A stretch of DNA of 63,221 bases, filler included, from Phoronis australis (lineage: Eukaryota; Animalia; Phoronida): NCBI GenBank assembly GCA_002633005.1. It is 3 parts of 3 records of this genome, joined end to end, with 100 filler letters (N's around TTAATTAATTAA, not from the genome) between each part and the next. Parts side by side here need not be neighbours in the genome. Positions count along the whole stretch, not along the records: positions 1 to 29,343 come from NMRA01000859.1; 2 more parts are not named here. One strand, 5' to 3'. The translations under genes and the position numbers were made by a program. Positions 1 to 14,100 of the stretch are shown one piece after another. The notes below the pieces were generated by a model. The model was not told where the DNA came from. It ran no database searches and saw nothing but the letters and a program-made list of their open reading frames with translations. How positions within the stretch are numbered: the first letter of the stretch is position 1; the number at the start of each line of letters is the position of its first letter.

Positions 1-118
1 ACCAAGCCTCACGTGACAAAATTTGGGACGCCATTTATCACTGGCAGAATTTGACTTGCCTACGATTCCCTTACGGGAACACCTACTCAAGTTATCTGAA
101 TATTGGCACAGGATCTGG
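1..118 (+). CDS. Astacin-family (M12A) metalloprotease exon, 5' end outside window
   Basis: Frame from nt 3 reads QASRDKIWDAIYHWQNLTCLRFPYGNTYSSYLNIGTGSG, matching the astacin 'AMxHWExxTCIRF...YIxI..GxGC' segment. Donor GG|gtacga at 118/119 (phase 2). Confidence 0.8.
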
Positions 119-565
119 GTACGAATTTTTTATCAAACTAAACCACCCACTAGTGTGGCAGTCGGTGTACACAGATGATTTCATGCAAAAATTGGATTCT
201 ACCGGTAGCACTTTTCGGAGCTCACTCCGTCGTCAAGGGGACACTTACAGTGTTTTCGCCATGACTGTTCTCAAATTTACCGCTGTTACTGCTTGGGTAC
301 CTAATGTAATATTTAGGCCAGTGACATATTTAAGTACTCCCACTGGCGAGGCACGTGTGTCTAATTCGGGAGAGAAAAAGGTGACCTAGGTTCGACGCAA
401 ATTTTCAGAAGTTGAGACCAGCCTAATCTATAGGAGAAAAATTCATACAAGAATGTGGATAATTTTAACGATTTTAGTGCGCCCAACTAGCCTCCAAATT
501 GAAAAATTCAAATATTTAGTCTTCTTTTGATACCTTGAAATGTTAATTGTATCATTTATATTTAG

Positions 566-647
566 ATGCAGTTCGTACGTAGGTCACCACTCTGGTCCTC
601 AGCCTATCAACTTACTGGAATATGAAAATGGACTAACCTGCTTATGG
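566..647 (+). CDS. Astacin-family metalloprotease exon (GCxSxVG segment)
   Basis: Acceptor atttag|A at 565/566 completes the Gly codon from the previous exon. Reads (G)CSSYVGHHSGPQPINLLEYENGLTCLW, donor TGG|gtgagt (phase 0). In astacins this segment directly precedes HExxHxxGxxH; I could not find that exon in the window. Confidence 0.8.
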
Positions 648-920
648 GTGAGTACACGGCTGCATTCCATAGACCGCATTACGTTAGTTTGCACTTGCAT
701 CAAGTCAATCCCAGAATTCAACAATCTATCCTCACCGACCAATGGGGCTATTCGGAGAATTCTCCTCGCGGTGTCGCTGCTGTACTAGTGATGATTGAAT
801 TGCGCATGCGTGGCTGTCTGCATGTAAACAACTGGTAAAAGATGGAAATTTTATCAAATACGTCGTCGCGCTAAGCCTTAATACTGCTAATTTTCCTGGT
901 GCAAGTCTTCGACAGGTGGC

Positions 921-1031
921 CACAAATTCCCAAAAGACCTAAGGTTACTATATTCGTGGACAACTGCGGTCAACAGGGTCAACTAACTGACAAAAAGTGT
1001 GTGGATGCTGAAGCCCCGTGTGTGCTCTATG
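921..1031 (+). pseudogene. THAP zinc-finger remnant (N-terminus of the element's transposase)
   Basis: Reads HKFPKDLRLLYSWTTAVNRVN*LTKSVWMLKPRVCSM, the THAP pattern FPxD...W..AV.R...RVCS, with a stop. Confidence 0.65.
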
Positions 1032-2854
1032 TCTATAGTAATTAGCATATACTAGTATGACTATGCAGTTCCATTCGGAGACTACACAACATTACTTGGT
1101 AAGTTTTTAGCAACCAGTTTCTATCAACATCGTTCGGTGATGTTATCCCCACCAGTTACCCCACTGAATAACAGCTTTATTGAGTGGAACTAAGTGTTTC
1201 TTTTTGGAAACTCACCCGATGCCGGGTAGGCTTGCAGCACATATTCNAGTGACTTCTTCACAGCAGTTTCTCTTCAAAACTATGCTGTTTCCAATAAAAT
1301 TCTCTAGATGAGTGAGTTTCCTTTTTTTATCGTGGGCCCCACCCCCAGGACCACCAGCCCAGTTATCGAATTAACATGAATAAACCTTAATTCAGTAAAT
1401 GTCGTAACATTGCATTGGAAAAAATTGACACCTAGAATGAATTTTACTTGTTGAGATCAGAAGCACATTTTAAGTGTCATGAAAAATACACATTGTTAAA
1501 TCACTTTTAGCCTGTTTCACATATTTTCATGCAGATATTAAATAAGACTTCGGTACAAAGGTTATTAGTTTCTACACATAAACATGAAGAGGAAATGTCA
1601 AGTATGTTCTGCCTTACAAAAGTAGTTTTGTCTTGTCTTTTCTTTTACAATTTTCTAATATTTCTATTCTGTTACAGGCAAGAAAAAACAACTGAAACCA
1701 ACCGCCTGACCATCTATTTTACCGTTGGACAAAGTGAAAAGCAATCCTTCAGCAATAACCTGAGAGAATTGGAGCCTAATTCAGTAATTCAGCACCTGAT
1801 GTGCCTGATTATGGACTCCCTCGCAATGGCAAAAGGTACCCGCTCATCCAAAACCTTTACGGCTAACAGATGGCGCTTTTCATCAATCACGTGTCATTTT
1901 ATCGCTCAAGTAAGACTGTCTGCCAGAGAATCTTAACCAAGAACCTTGACCTACATTCTGCTGCTGCTGATTGTAACCACAGGTCACGAGAGTTCATGAA
2001 CCAGACAGTGTATGTCCTGATGAGTGGCGAATTTGTGTGGAAAAGAAATCTTTGTGTCCGACATTTAAAACCCCGTTTGAAACAACTATTTGTGTTATAT
2101 AATTAAGATGAAAGTGTTAATAATATACGCTGTTGTGGTTGCTCGGCCTAAACGCTGGGGTAAAATATATATTCAATGAACGTGACCATGGTGAGGCTAC
2201 TAAACCGGGCCCGGCCACTTTTCCGCCCGACGAGATTTTTTTGGCAACTTCACAACCATAATTTTAATTAGGTTGAAACATAACACTATATTTTTTAAAT
2301 TATGCTTGAATTATACATGGTGATATACATGTTAGGTTTTATTCTCTGCGATATTTTCTTTTTCGTTCAGTGTCTCGTTAGCCAACAACACTGAGCCCAG
2401 CAGACCGGACTGGCTGTGGCACGACATGGCAGCTGATGGTTCACCAAGTAGAAACGTCTGTATTTAATGTTCTATCAGCACAAGATTCAGTTCACACAAG
2501 AATGTCACACGACTGTAAGCAGCGCTGCCTGTTAGTAAAGCATCATTGCATCCAGCGCCATCTGTTTGCCGTAAAGGTTTTGGATGAGCGGGTACCTTTT
2601 GCCTCGCAATGTTGTTTCTTTCTGTGCTTTTTCAGTTTGCCATTTGTTTTTAAATACACTGATAATTGTTTATTCTGGAATCTTGTGCATAGCAGCTAGC
2701 TACAATTGAAAACTTACAATAAGACAATCGATGCAGTCACTGAATGTCATTTCCCCATAATCTGTACCAAATTGAAATTTTTTTACCAATAGTATAAAGC
2801 CTTTCTTCTGAAAGGAAAATCTAATGTCACTCAGCTTTTGGCTTTCATTTCACT

Positions 2855-3330
2855 GGGTTCTAGTTTCAATGGCCTATAGAAGCGCTTGTAAAAAAGGTCC
2901 AGTTTCAACACATGGCTTTCTTTCATGTAACCTCATTCATCCTCAATAACATCCACAATTAGACCCTTGAAGGTAAACACAGCAGCATATCACTTGAATA
3001 GTTTTGAGCCCAAAATCAGACTCTGAACTAGACCAGAGTGTAACTAGGTCTTCTTTAGCTTCAGTCCCTCATGTTTCTTCCAGGAAAGGAAATAAGCTAT
3101 TGTCCACACATGACTCGTTGCCTATGAAAGGGCATCCTCACCAACAAGGCTTATTTGTGTAGCAGTCAGATATAGTTCGTCTGAATACACAGACAGTCCA
3201 CTGGCTCATTGTCTTATGGTAACTTAGTACTGCAATTCACATTTCTCCAGGGCCACTGACTTGTACGTTGTGCCATGTAGCACTGCTGGTGTGTGGAAGT
3301 GCTGTGGGAAGAGGACGGAGTAACAAAGCT
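2855..3330 (-). pseudogene. YqaJ/lambda-exonuclease-like (PD-(D/E)XK) accessory gene remnant
   Basis: Minus-strand fragments with stops and frameshifts: TPAVLHGTTYKSVALEK...SGLSVYSDELYLTAT..LVGED, then LKKT...VQ...VFTFKGLIVDVI...LKLDLFYKRFYRP. These match the YqaJ motif order (HG..YE..A / GL.V....YL.ASPDG / YYxQVQ / KL..FY). Confidence 0.65.
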
Positions 3331-5096
3331 TGTCTACGATACAGCTTGAAGTGGCCTTAAAATGTCACTGAACCTGGAACAAATATTGAAATATGAACAA
3401 TTAAGTACTTCAGATTGGATCAAAAATGTTATCCCTATTTTTCAAAAATATATGGTGATTGGTCTACAGTTTCACATAAAAGCAATTAATTACTATTTTC
3501 AGAAACTGAGGGTGTATATAATGAGTATTGCATAAAACTGTGTCTTTATTTTTTATCCCTAGCCATAACAATTCTTTAAACGCNCATAAAACTGTGTCTT
3601 TATTTTTTATCCCTAGCCATAACAATTCTTTAAACGCATCACTTGTCTGTAAAATATACATTTTTTTGAGACAACTTCAAACCTTTGTTACCCATTTTCA
3701 AGCCTTTTTAATTTTGATACTTTCAGTAATTTTAAACTCAGATTACAGGTTCATGGGTCTGTCAAGCATACTTCTAGCCTAAGGTTGAGGGAACCGTTTT
3801 TCTTCTTATAGAAGATATAAAGACTTGGGTCATGGATAATATTTCTGTTGTTTAAGAGTAATTACAAATCGTAAGGCACCATCAAAAATGCAATTTTCAC
3901 AAAAATGGCAGTCATTTGAATTTATAATGACTTGCAACATTTCAAGGCATGAGCTAAAACTATTCAGTCACTGTGAATTCGGAAAATTTAACATATTTTC
4001 GTGGTTTTACAATTGATACAAGTAGCAAAACAGTTTCATGAAATCAACTTGAAGGGACGTCGTGAAGGTTAAGAATTATCTCACCATGCTCTTTTCCCCA
4101 AACATGTATTACCTGTTAGTTCCACACATTCAGTTGTACCAAATATTACAACCCCCCATGCCAATCCCCCCTCGGGACCTGAATTAGTAATTTAACAAAA
4201 TGACTTTAAAAATAGCTGTTCCTATTCAAAGGCTTTGTTCGTTGTCTCCAATATTGAAAGTAGGCTTTGACAACAGATCTGCACTGGATGATGGGAAGAT
4301 CTTGTTGGTTAGCTGCAGTCAAATGCTAAAAACCAATTTTTGTCCATTCAGGGAGGGTGCAGAAGAGATGCATATCTCCTCTGCACGGTACAAGCCTTCA
4401 AACCTAAAAACCAAAAGTTACGTGAAAACTGACGTGATAGATTTCCATTTCAACGTGTAATATATTTCCAGAAGACATATGATAGGGAGTAAACAAATAG
4501 TCTAGTACAATGGATATTTATCACTCACGTACCCTTTGCCATTGGGATTGGATTGTAATCTTAACTCATTAACCTGTATCGAGTTGACAGCATAAAAATT
4601 CAGCATTGATTGATGTAACTGTCACTGATAAACTTTTAGAAATCATTCCAAACAATAATAATGCTTGGATGTACGAAAAGATCCCGATTGCTTCGTCAAG
4701 TATCGTATCACATATTACAACATACAAAGATTAACCAGACTCTGGCTGGCGACTGACTGCCGCGAAGTCGACATCGGCGAGTGCCTCAGTTCACAGGCAA
4801 CGGTAGAATAATCATGGAATAATCGTAAAAATAATCACAAACCTTACCTTTGTATGAGGTCGTGCTTACTTCCTCTCATAGAAGCACCCTTTTTACGTAA
4901 TCTCAGATTCAATTGGCACGGCTGCAAGCCATTTCACCATGTATTTAAAGGGCTCGCGAAATCGAGGCTGTTAATCTATCACCACTAGTACACGCACGCC
5001 CTCTAGTTATTGTAGATTTTCCGAATAGCCCCATTGTAGTGGAAGCAATGTAGAAATGATTAAAGTTTGAAAGTTTCGATTAACCCCGACATTTAG

Positions 5097-5387
<291 letters not shown>

Positions 5388-7294
5388 TAAAAAACATACA
5401 CATCATTTTAAGTACAAATAACAATATAATATTTCAGGACCTACACTTGCTCAACACATTCACACAACATGGGTTGTTTGTAGCATATTTTCTTAATACA
5501 AATTATAATGAAATAACAGTATTCGACCAACTTTCAGAAAACGGGTCAATTTGACCGATTTCAAAATATAAATGTGTATAGTTGTGTAGCTTTCTTGCAA
5601 ATTTCAGTCGATGACCATGCATTGAACAACAGCATTTCAAAAAAGTTCATCAGCTGAATACAGTAGGCAGGAATTGTGCCTATGGTGTCTCTGACTGCGC
5701 TTGATTGACTTGACGGTTTTGCCGGGTCATCCTGTTATGACATCTTATTGGTCTGCAAGCCGGAAGTCGTTATCGACAACCTAACTGTAGCAGTCAAGAA
5801 CATAATCTTGCACCAGACACCGGGCACTACAAATAAGAACTTAATTTGTACGGGATTCAGCAATAGCTTTTGTTTACATCCTTGTAAAATCAATGGCTAT
5901 GAGAATTATCCTATAGATCACGTTTTCCCTCTTAACTTCATGCATTTAAAGTCTACTCGAAGTTGTTTATTAACATGCACATGTTTATAGAGTTTGAGGT
6001 CTCACTGCTTAAAAAACTGACAAATCTTTACAAACATCTGAGATATACTTGAGTTTTGTCGTTCACAAATGGGTCCATTCTTTTGGTGAGGTGAATCTCA
6101 CCCCCCCCCCCCCTACAATAAATCAATAACTAAACAAAACCAAAACACCTGACCACATGCACACCATACACACACGCATACACACAAACCAAAGAAAATC
6201 GAGTGTGCTAACTTTTGTGATCACGCTCTTTCCTTTTCCCCACAAACTGAAAGCTTCGCAGATACTTCCTCTCATCACAAGAATACTAAGCCTAACAGGT
6301 AAACGAAGAAAACACTTACCAGGAAAACAAAAGTTTCTATTTGTAACCAGTCGATGGTTGTCCTTTTCCACATTGTGGGCCTATTATCAGCTCCGTGGTT
6401 TATATTTGAGATCTTTCTGAAGCCATGTGCCCATATTGACGATCTGTGCAAAGCGGACCGATTTTGCTCGAAATGAAGAGAGCTAAGAAAGTAGGCACTC
6501 AGAAAGCGCAGATGTGTTCGTAAACATAGGAAAAGAACCACCTTTCCCATTCAACTCACTATCTACCAAATGCACCATGTACCGCTACATTACCGTTTTC
6601 ATGTGGACTGCACTTATAATTTAGGGGAACTTAAACTTTTCATGAAACCTAAATGACATGCTAGGGTTAAGACGCTGCAACGATGTACTCTCATGATTTT
6701 TCTGGTATCTCTATAAGAGATAGACAGAGGGTTTCACTAGAAACCAATGGGATGCTATTTCAATATTTTAACATAGCTTCTCATATTTTTGAGAAACAAC
6801 AGTCAAAATTTCAAGTTTATTTTTTCTTTCACTGCTTAAATTAGTCACCGTATATAGAGCATGGTTTAATTAAGAATAAGAATTTCTAATAATTGAGAGT
6901 CATAAGTCCTCTAGCTCACCCATACATTTTCAGCGAATATATGCTCGCACAATAGGTTCAGTGCAGTTAAGTATTCATCAGTGACTGATAACGCTTTCGA
7001 TTTGAAATTTGCCATTCTTCACTGCACATAACAGGTATCAAAAATTGTTTAATGCCGGAATAATTTACTCGAGTTCGATGCATCTAACTGATCTCACAAT
7101 ACTGGATATCTGAGAAAATGTACCCCCTCTCTATTTCATTTACATTTCAAATGGTACATATACTGTAGTCTTCTTGATACAATTCCGAGACGATGAGTTG
7201 GGCACCTAATATTTACAAAGGCAAACAGTTTAATAAACGGCAACCTACAAAAAAATATTTTTCCATGACATTTCGAAATAACTATACAGAGATT

Positions 7295-7585
7295 GTTCAC
7301 ATTTGCTCATGTCCACATTTGCTAATGTCCACATTTGCTCGTCTCCACATTTGCTCATGTCCACATTTGCTAATGTCCACATTTGCTCGAGTCCACATTT
7401 GCTCATGTACACATATTTTGCTCATGTTCACATTTGCTAATGTCCACATTTGCTCGAGTCTACATTTGCTCGTGTCTACATTTGCTCATGTCCACATTTG
7501 CTCGTCACCACATTTGCTCAAGTCCACATTTGCTAATGTCCACGTTTGCTCGTGTCCACATTTGCTCCTGTTCACATTTGCTCAC
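7295..7585. repeat. 16-bp minisatellite (ATTTGCTCATGTCCAC)n, about 18 copies
   Basis: Directly visible tandem array in an ABCC intron; it generates the repetitive ORFs 7193..7690 and 7383..7670. Confidence 0.9.
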
Positions 7586-7731
7586 GTTCTTTACATATAT
7601 TCCAGTCTCTTCTGTACAGTTAGATTGTTTAGTTTTTGCTGTCATTCTGATAGAAACTGTAGCATCTTAGATTACTTTGTTATCGAATGATCTTGTTACA
7701 ACGTTTATGGAGGTCTTTTATCATATGCTAG

Positions 7732-8214
<483 letters not shown>

Positions 8215-9055
8215 TAGGAACCCAGGCCGGGAAAACGCCGTCAGTGCGACTGGAGCAGTACCTGTACTGTTACCAGCCAGCAAACGGGGATAAAATAATC
8301 GACAGCGCGCCTTTAATTTTAATAAAATCAAACTACGGACAATTTTATCGAATTTGCTGAAGAAATGTGGCGAAAAAATTTTGACAGAAATTATTTTGCC
8401 AGACTCGGGACCGCAGCTTATCGGACCCGGTGCGGATCGAGACCAGACACTGGCGAACGGTAAATGCATGCGGTTGCAAGCTGTTTTGTCGAAGTAAAAT
8501 GGTCAAATCATAAATGCTGCATATATTCAAGGGTAGTTTCAGACACTTGCATGAAATTACGGGCTGGTTAGTCCTGTGTCANNNNNNNNNNNNNNNNNNN
8601 NNNNNNNNNNNNNNNNNNNNNNNNNNNNNNNNNNNNNNNNNNNNNNNNNNNNNNNNNNNNNNNNNNNNNNNNNNNNNNNNNNNNNNNNNNNNNNNNNNNN
8701 NNNNNNNNNNNNNNNNNNNNNNNNNNNNNNNNNNNNNNNNNNNNNNNNNNNNNNNNNNNNNNNNNNNNNNNNNNNNNNNNNNNNNNNNNNNNNNNNNNNN
8801 NNNNNNNNNNNNNNNNNNNNNNNNNNNNNNNNNNNNNNNNNNNNNNNNNNNNNNNNNNNNNNNNNNNNNNNNNNNNNNNNNNNNNNNNNNNNNNNNNNNN
8901 NNNNNNNNNNNNNNNNNNNNNNNNNNNNNNNNNNNNNNNNNNNNNNNNNNNNNNNNNNNNNNNNNNNNNNNNNNNNNNNNNNNNNNNNNNNNNNNNNNNN
9001 NNNNNNNNNNNNNNNNNNNNNNNNNNNNNNNNNNNNNNNNNNNNNNNNNNNNNNN

Positions 9056-9076
9056 CCCCCCCTAAATCCGCCTATG
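9056..9076. mobile_element. Terminal inverted repeat of a MITE whose body lies in the N gap
   Basis: CCCCTAAATCCGCCTATG is identical to the right end of the element at 14663-15234. Confidence 0.55.
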
Positions 9077-11078
9077 AACATTACCGTTAACTCCATCGGT
9101 CCATTCGACCCACATGGTGCGGCGAACACTTGCCAACGCTGGAAACGGTGGATACGTGGACTTGACTATGCCGACGCAGCAGGCTGCACTGACTCAAAGC
9201 AGCGTCGACAACTACTGTTTAAGTTGCACTTTGCAGGCCCCGGAGTTCAGGATATATTTTTCATTTTTGAGGGCTATTTGAACACATTTGCTCTTGTCAA
9301 ACAGAAACTCAATGACTACTTCAAACCCGTCACAAATCTGTCGTATAGTGTGAGAGGCATGTTCCCACAAGTGAGGGTGTGACAGTCCTACTAACTGTTC
9401 GTCACACGACTACGTCAGTTCACGAAAGACTGTGATTTTGGCGACCGCCAAGACGCCTTCATAAAATATCAGGTCATTGATAAGTGTCTATCGGACCAGC
9501 TGCGAACAAAGCTGTTGGCACAAAAGGACCTCACACTCGGAAAGTGCCTTGAACTAGCTGCTGCAAAGGAAGTGTCGGAACAACAGGCTCACGATATCAG
9601 TTGTATCGCAACAGCATTCCGCGCTAGATACATTTCGGTGGTGGTAACCGTCCCCGACACACACCGCCACACAGTGCACAACAACATTCGCAAAAGCCAC
9701 CGCCCCGCTATCTACACCGCAAACAGAATCCGCCCCACCGCAACCAGAATCGACACCGATCCACAAATCGGGCACCCAGTGGTGACAAATGCTCCCGTTG
9801 AGGACAAGTCGGGCACACCAGTGATGAGCGTCGATGTTCGGTGACAATTACCTGTTTTAAGTGCCAAAAAGAGGGGCCCTCCTCCTTGCAATGCCCCTCT
9901 AAGTCCAAATCCCGAAATTCCGTCGCGTTGTACAAGTTCCTGATAGGTGGAGTACCCACAAAAGTCGTGAATGATTCTGGAGCTTCTTGCAACATAATAA
10001 ACTCTGACATTGCGTTAAAACTCGAAGAAAGTGGTCTACCGCCTACGCATTTATCAGCACGCGTCACCTCTCCGTTGTAACCACCTTTTTCACCGACGAC
10101 ATATCAACGCGAAGAAACAGCGTAGTCAGCCGAGTTCCTTGTTCTAGAGGGCGATTCCCTACCTCTGTTAGGCAGAGTTACCGCGAAGGCCCTAGCGGTG
10201 CTCACGACTAAAACCGACAACGTGAACTCAGTTTCCGCTCCCGACAACAATAACGTAAGCCCGATTAGTGTAGCAGAGATTCGCGCAGGATATCCACAGC
10301 TGTGGAAAGGAATTGGTTGCATGGAGGACAATGAAGTCGTGATACTTATTGACGAATGCGTACCGTTTCACAATCGTCCCAAAGTGGCTGCTGAGGTAGA
10401 CAAGCTGTTGAGCGCCAATGTTATAGAGCGAGTCACCGACCCTACGCCATCAGTCTCTCGAATACGTCCGACGAAATCAGACTGTGTGTGGACATGCGTG
10501 ATGCCAACAAGGCAATTTTTCGCACCACACACGTAACACCCACTATGGGCAAACTCATTACCGAGCTTAGGGGTGTCACTGTGTTCAGTAAGATAGACCT
10601 CCTGTCAGGCTATCATCAACTCACGCTCCACACTTCGTGTCGTTAGATCACTGCGTTCTCGACACACATGGGCATTTATCAATACAAACATCTATTTCGG
10701 AGTGTCCTCTGCCGCCGAAATATTTCAGGATACAATCCAATCAGTCATTGCCGACATTGCCGGAGCGCGAATATAAGTGATGACATCATCATATATGGTG
10801 TTGACCAAGTGTCCCAAGATCGCGCACTCGATCAGACCCTTCGTCGACTCCGTGACGCCGGTTTGACCGCAAACGCCGACAATTGTGATTTTAGTATGTC
10901 AAAAATCAGTTTCTTTGGTGTAGTGTTCTCCAAAGGTGGCATCTCACCGGACCCTTGTAAGGTGCAAGCTCCGTCTGCGGGAAGCGCCGAAACCAAGGTG
11001 CCTTCACTCCTGGGCATGGCGCAGTACAGTGCAAGATTTATACCGAACTTTTCCACCATCACCAACCCATTTCGTTAA
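9077..11078 (+). mobile_element. Decayed Ty3/Gypsy (Mag-like) LTR retrotransposon, gag-protease-RT, in an ABCC intron
   Basis: Frameshifted fragments in canonical order: gag (GPFDP...RWKRW...LHFAGPGVQDIF), zinc-knuckle remnant CFKC, protease DSGASCNII, RT FSKIDLLSGYHQL and NISDDIIIYG, LLGMAQYSARFIPNFS. No LTRs, RNase H or integrase seen. Confidence 0.85.
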
Positions 11079-12117
11079 CATATTGTCTTCTTCTTATCCT
11101 AGTGTCCGCTCAACATTTTAAAAACGTCTGATCAGATCTTGAAGAAATTTAGCGCAAGGGTGTGGGGTACAGATAGAACTGTGGATGCTGCTGTTCGATT
11201 CTCCCGCCCCCAGGACCAGACAGCTGGACCTTTTCCGTATGATATCTACAGAACCATGAATGGATTTCAGTGAAACTCGACTCAGAGTTTTGTGACAAAA
11301 ATGCTCTGACACTACTCAAAAATCGGGTGGATTCGACTGCCGCAGGATCTCATAGTGGCCGTTTTCGTCTTGGCAAGGGATTTCGTACGTTTTGNTTTTC
11401 GTCTTTGTAGTTTTATTACTACAGTCTATTTTGTTTTGTTTCTTGCCGGGTTGCTGGATTTTTTTAAGCATGAAGTGCCAAAACAGAGACAGACTTTGAT
11501 CGACAGTGAAACTTAGAAGTCAGCTCTCACCCACCAACCTACCTCATCTATTGCTTGAATTTTCTCATTGACTTTGAAGCTTGCTTTACAACTGGTATTT
11601 CATCGCCAGCTGATTACCATCGTTTAACGGTTAGCGTGTTACACCTCAAATGACATAGTTTGACATGACTTGGCAATGAGCAGTGTTTTTTAAGCTGTCT
11701 TTAGAAATGCGAGTTTTCCATGTATTCCAAGGAAAAGCGAATTATTTTCGTAATGCTGTTGGGAAAGTTATTTTTATTTCATTCCATGTATTTCCATTTT
11801 CAAAATCACCCAAAATAGTAGAAAGGCAAAGGACCATCAAAATGTTTTCAAAATTGGAAAATGGTTATTACTGTGCTTCTGAGGTCTGTTTCATGAAAGT
11901 GATTTAAGGCTTAGGATAGAAATTCGGTCTTATGCTTCACATAACTATTTCTAAATAATAATTGAAACTCACTTTGGAAAAGAATAAAGTGTCTGACATT
12001 ATACCTACAACTGTTACTTTGTGAGGAAATTTGTACAAGTTTTTTTCATGCAGTGATGTGTTTACAATTACACGACTAAAACTTTGTTTGTAACGGTGAA
12101 GTGGGAGCATAAGGCCA

Positions 12118-13615
12118 TTTTTATGCGCCCACATATTTATATGTGGACGCATTATGCCGTCATTTCCGTCCGTCCGGGCGGCGTCCGTCCGGCGTCCGCT
12201 GCTCTATCTCCAAAACCCTTTGACATACATTCATGAAATTTGGCACATATGTTCCATTCATGAATGGAACGGCATGAGCGAACTTTTGGACGGATCCGAC
12301 TACCAATGTGCCCCCTAGTGGCAATTTTAGTTTTTTACGCTTACCTTTGTATCTTCAAAAGTCCTGAAGGGATTTTCATGAAATTTGGTATGTAGGCGCC
12401 TGTTAGTGAGATGACGCTATCCTTTTGTTTTCGGATGGATTCGACATAGTTTGCGCTACCTAGTGGCCATTTTTACTGTTTTAGAGTCTGTTTTTTGCGT
12501 CCACCCCTCTATCAACCAAACCGCACAAAGGATGATTGTGAAAGTTGGCATGTATGTGCTTACTATAAAGAGAACGGTTGACAATGATTTTCCGACGATT
12601 TCGACTACTGTGGCACCTCCTAGTGGCAGTTTTGTTTTTTGTTGCTCCTATGGCTGTATCTCCTAAACCGTTCGCAGGATCTTTACGAAATTGTGTAAGT
12701 ATATTTATATGATGTTAACAACGGAAGATGACGACTTTTGGACGGATCCGACTACCGGTGTGCCTCCTAGTGGCAATTTTATTTTTTTACGCTTACCTCT
12801 GTATCTTCACAAGTCCTTAACGGATTTTCAAGAAAATTGGTTTGTAGGCACCTATTAGTGCGATGACGCTATCCTCCCGTTTTCGGATGGATTCGACCTA
12901 GTTTATGACACCCAGTGGCCATTTTTACTGTTTTTGAGTCTGTTTTTGGCGTCCACCCCTCTATAAACCAAACCGTTGTAAGTATGATTGTGAAAATTGG
13001 CATGTATGTTCTTACTATGAAGAGGACGATTGACGCTGAATTTCCCATGACTTTGATTACTGTGGTGCCTCCTAGTGGCAGTTTTTTTGCGCCCATGGCT
13101 GTATCTCCCAAACCGTTTGCAGGATCTTTACTAAATTTAGCAAGTGTATTTATGTGATGTTGACAACGGACGATGACGACTTTAGGATGATTCTGACTAC
13201 CGGTGCCTCTAGTGGCATTTTTAGTATTTTACATTGACCTCTGTATTTTCATAGGTCTTCAGGTGTATACTTTGTGTTACTTCGTGACTATGAAGGAAAA
13301 GTTCCAAGTAAAAATTTGTTTCTGGCATTCAAATGCTGTGCTAATCTCGTACGTTGGTAAATTTGTTTTTAATTCTATGTTTCTGTGGTGCTTTAAGCAA
13401 CTGATGTATAGGATGTGCTTGTATTATGAAGATCACTCACATTTTGCCCCTAACCTATTGAGGAGACAATGACCATGCCTTTCCATTTTGCAAAGTACAA
13501 CATACTACATATATGCCCTCTACTGGCCACTTTATGGTACCAATAGACAACCCTAGAAGGATACCGTAAACGGTGCAATTGTGGGCGCATTTCAACGCTC
13601 TGCGTTGCTCTTGTT
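12118..13615 (+). mobile_element. Helentron-associated (HINE/DINE-1-like) non-autonomous element, copy 1
   Basis: T-run, then subterminal IR ATGCGCCCACA with a local partner TGTGGACGCAT, CCGT microsatellite, internal ~450-bp higher-order repeats, 3' TGTGGGCGCAT plus stem-loop CAACGC-TCT-GCGTTG, ending CTTGTT. Confidence 0.8.
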
Positions 13616-13682
13616 ATTTTTGCGTCTATTTTATGTCCGCCTCACTATTTTCCAAATCGTTTGAAGTATCATCATGAATTTG

Positions 13683-14100
13683 TTGTATGTATGTATGTAT
13701 TTTATTATAGTGCCAGGATCGCAGTGTGCAGCCGTTGGAACATTGTTTGAATGTACCATAGAGCAAATTAGCACCTCCTGTCACTTATTAGGGCTTACAA
13801 GTCACCTTGAAATCAAAAGCAACAAAAAGCAACCGACGATTAATTTTTCAGTAAGAGGTTTCTTCGTTGAATGACTGAGAGGGACATCTCGCCAAACTCT
13901 CATCTTAAGTAAAAAAAATCTCAATTGAACTGAAACAAAATAATTTTCGCCCTCAGCTTGACCATTTGAACATAGTTTACAATTTTTTTCACGTATAGGT
14001 GATCCTCGAAACCATGCCGTATGCATGTGTTCCAATTGAAGAGAGTATGTCTGACGTTGAACTTGGGACGAATATGGCCTCCCCCATAGGCAATTTAGGC
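13683..14100 (-). mobile_element. 3' remnant of a non-LTR retrotransposon (LINE)
   Basis: Minus-strand LQLEH..AWFRGSPIREKNCKLCSNGQAEGENYFV resembles the ORF2 C-terminal 'IETGR...R.C..C...EDE.HF' motif. It is followed by AATAAA and a (TACA)n tail. Confidence 0.6.

Larger units (their letters stand above)
744..5032. mobile_element. Degenerate ISL2EU-like (PIF/Harbinger-related) DNA transposon
   Basis: Termini GGGGCTATTCGGA (744) and TCCGAATAGCCCC (to 5032), with AT on both flanks (caAT|...|ATtg). A second inverted block TGTACTAGTG (781) / CACTAGTACA (~4983). Contains a THAP remnant on + and a YqaJ-like exonuclease remnant on -, the two-gene content known for ISL2EU. Confidence 0.7.

Noticed and set aside
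3531-3637. Exact 53-bp direct repeat
   Set aside because: The two copies are separated by a single n, the signature of an unmerged contig overlap rather than a biological duplication.
7193-7690. Cys/His-rich repetitive ORFs (HICSCPHLL...)
   Set aside because: They are translations of the 16-bp minisatellite within an ABCC intron, with no independent gene evidence.
8514-9382. Long ORFs in the track here, and at 14798-15306 and 49457-50126
   Set aside because: Their length comes from N gaps translated as X.
12451-13472. Hydrophobic ORFs here and at 43131-43505
   Set aside because: They lie in HINE internal repeats, and the frames are not conserved between units or copies.
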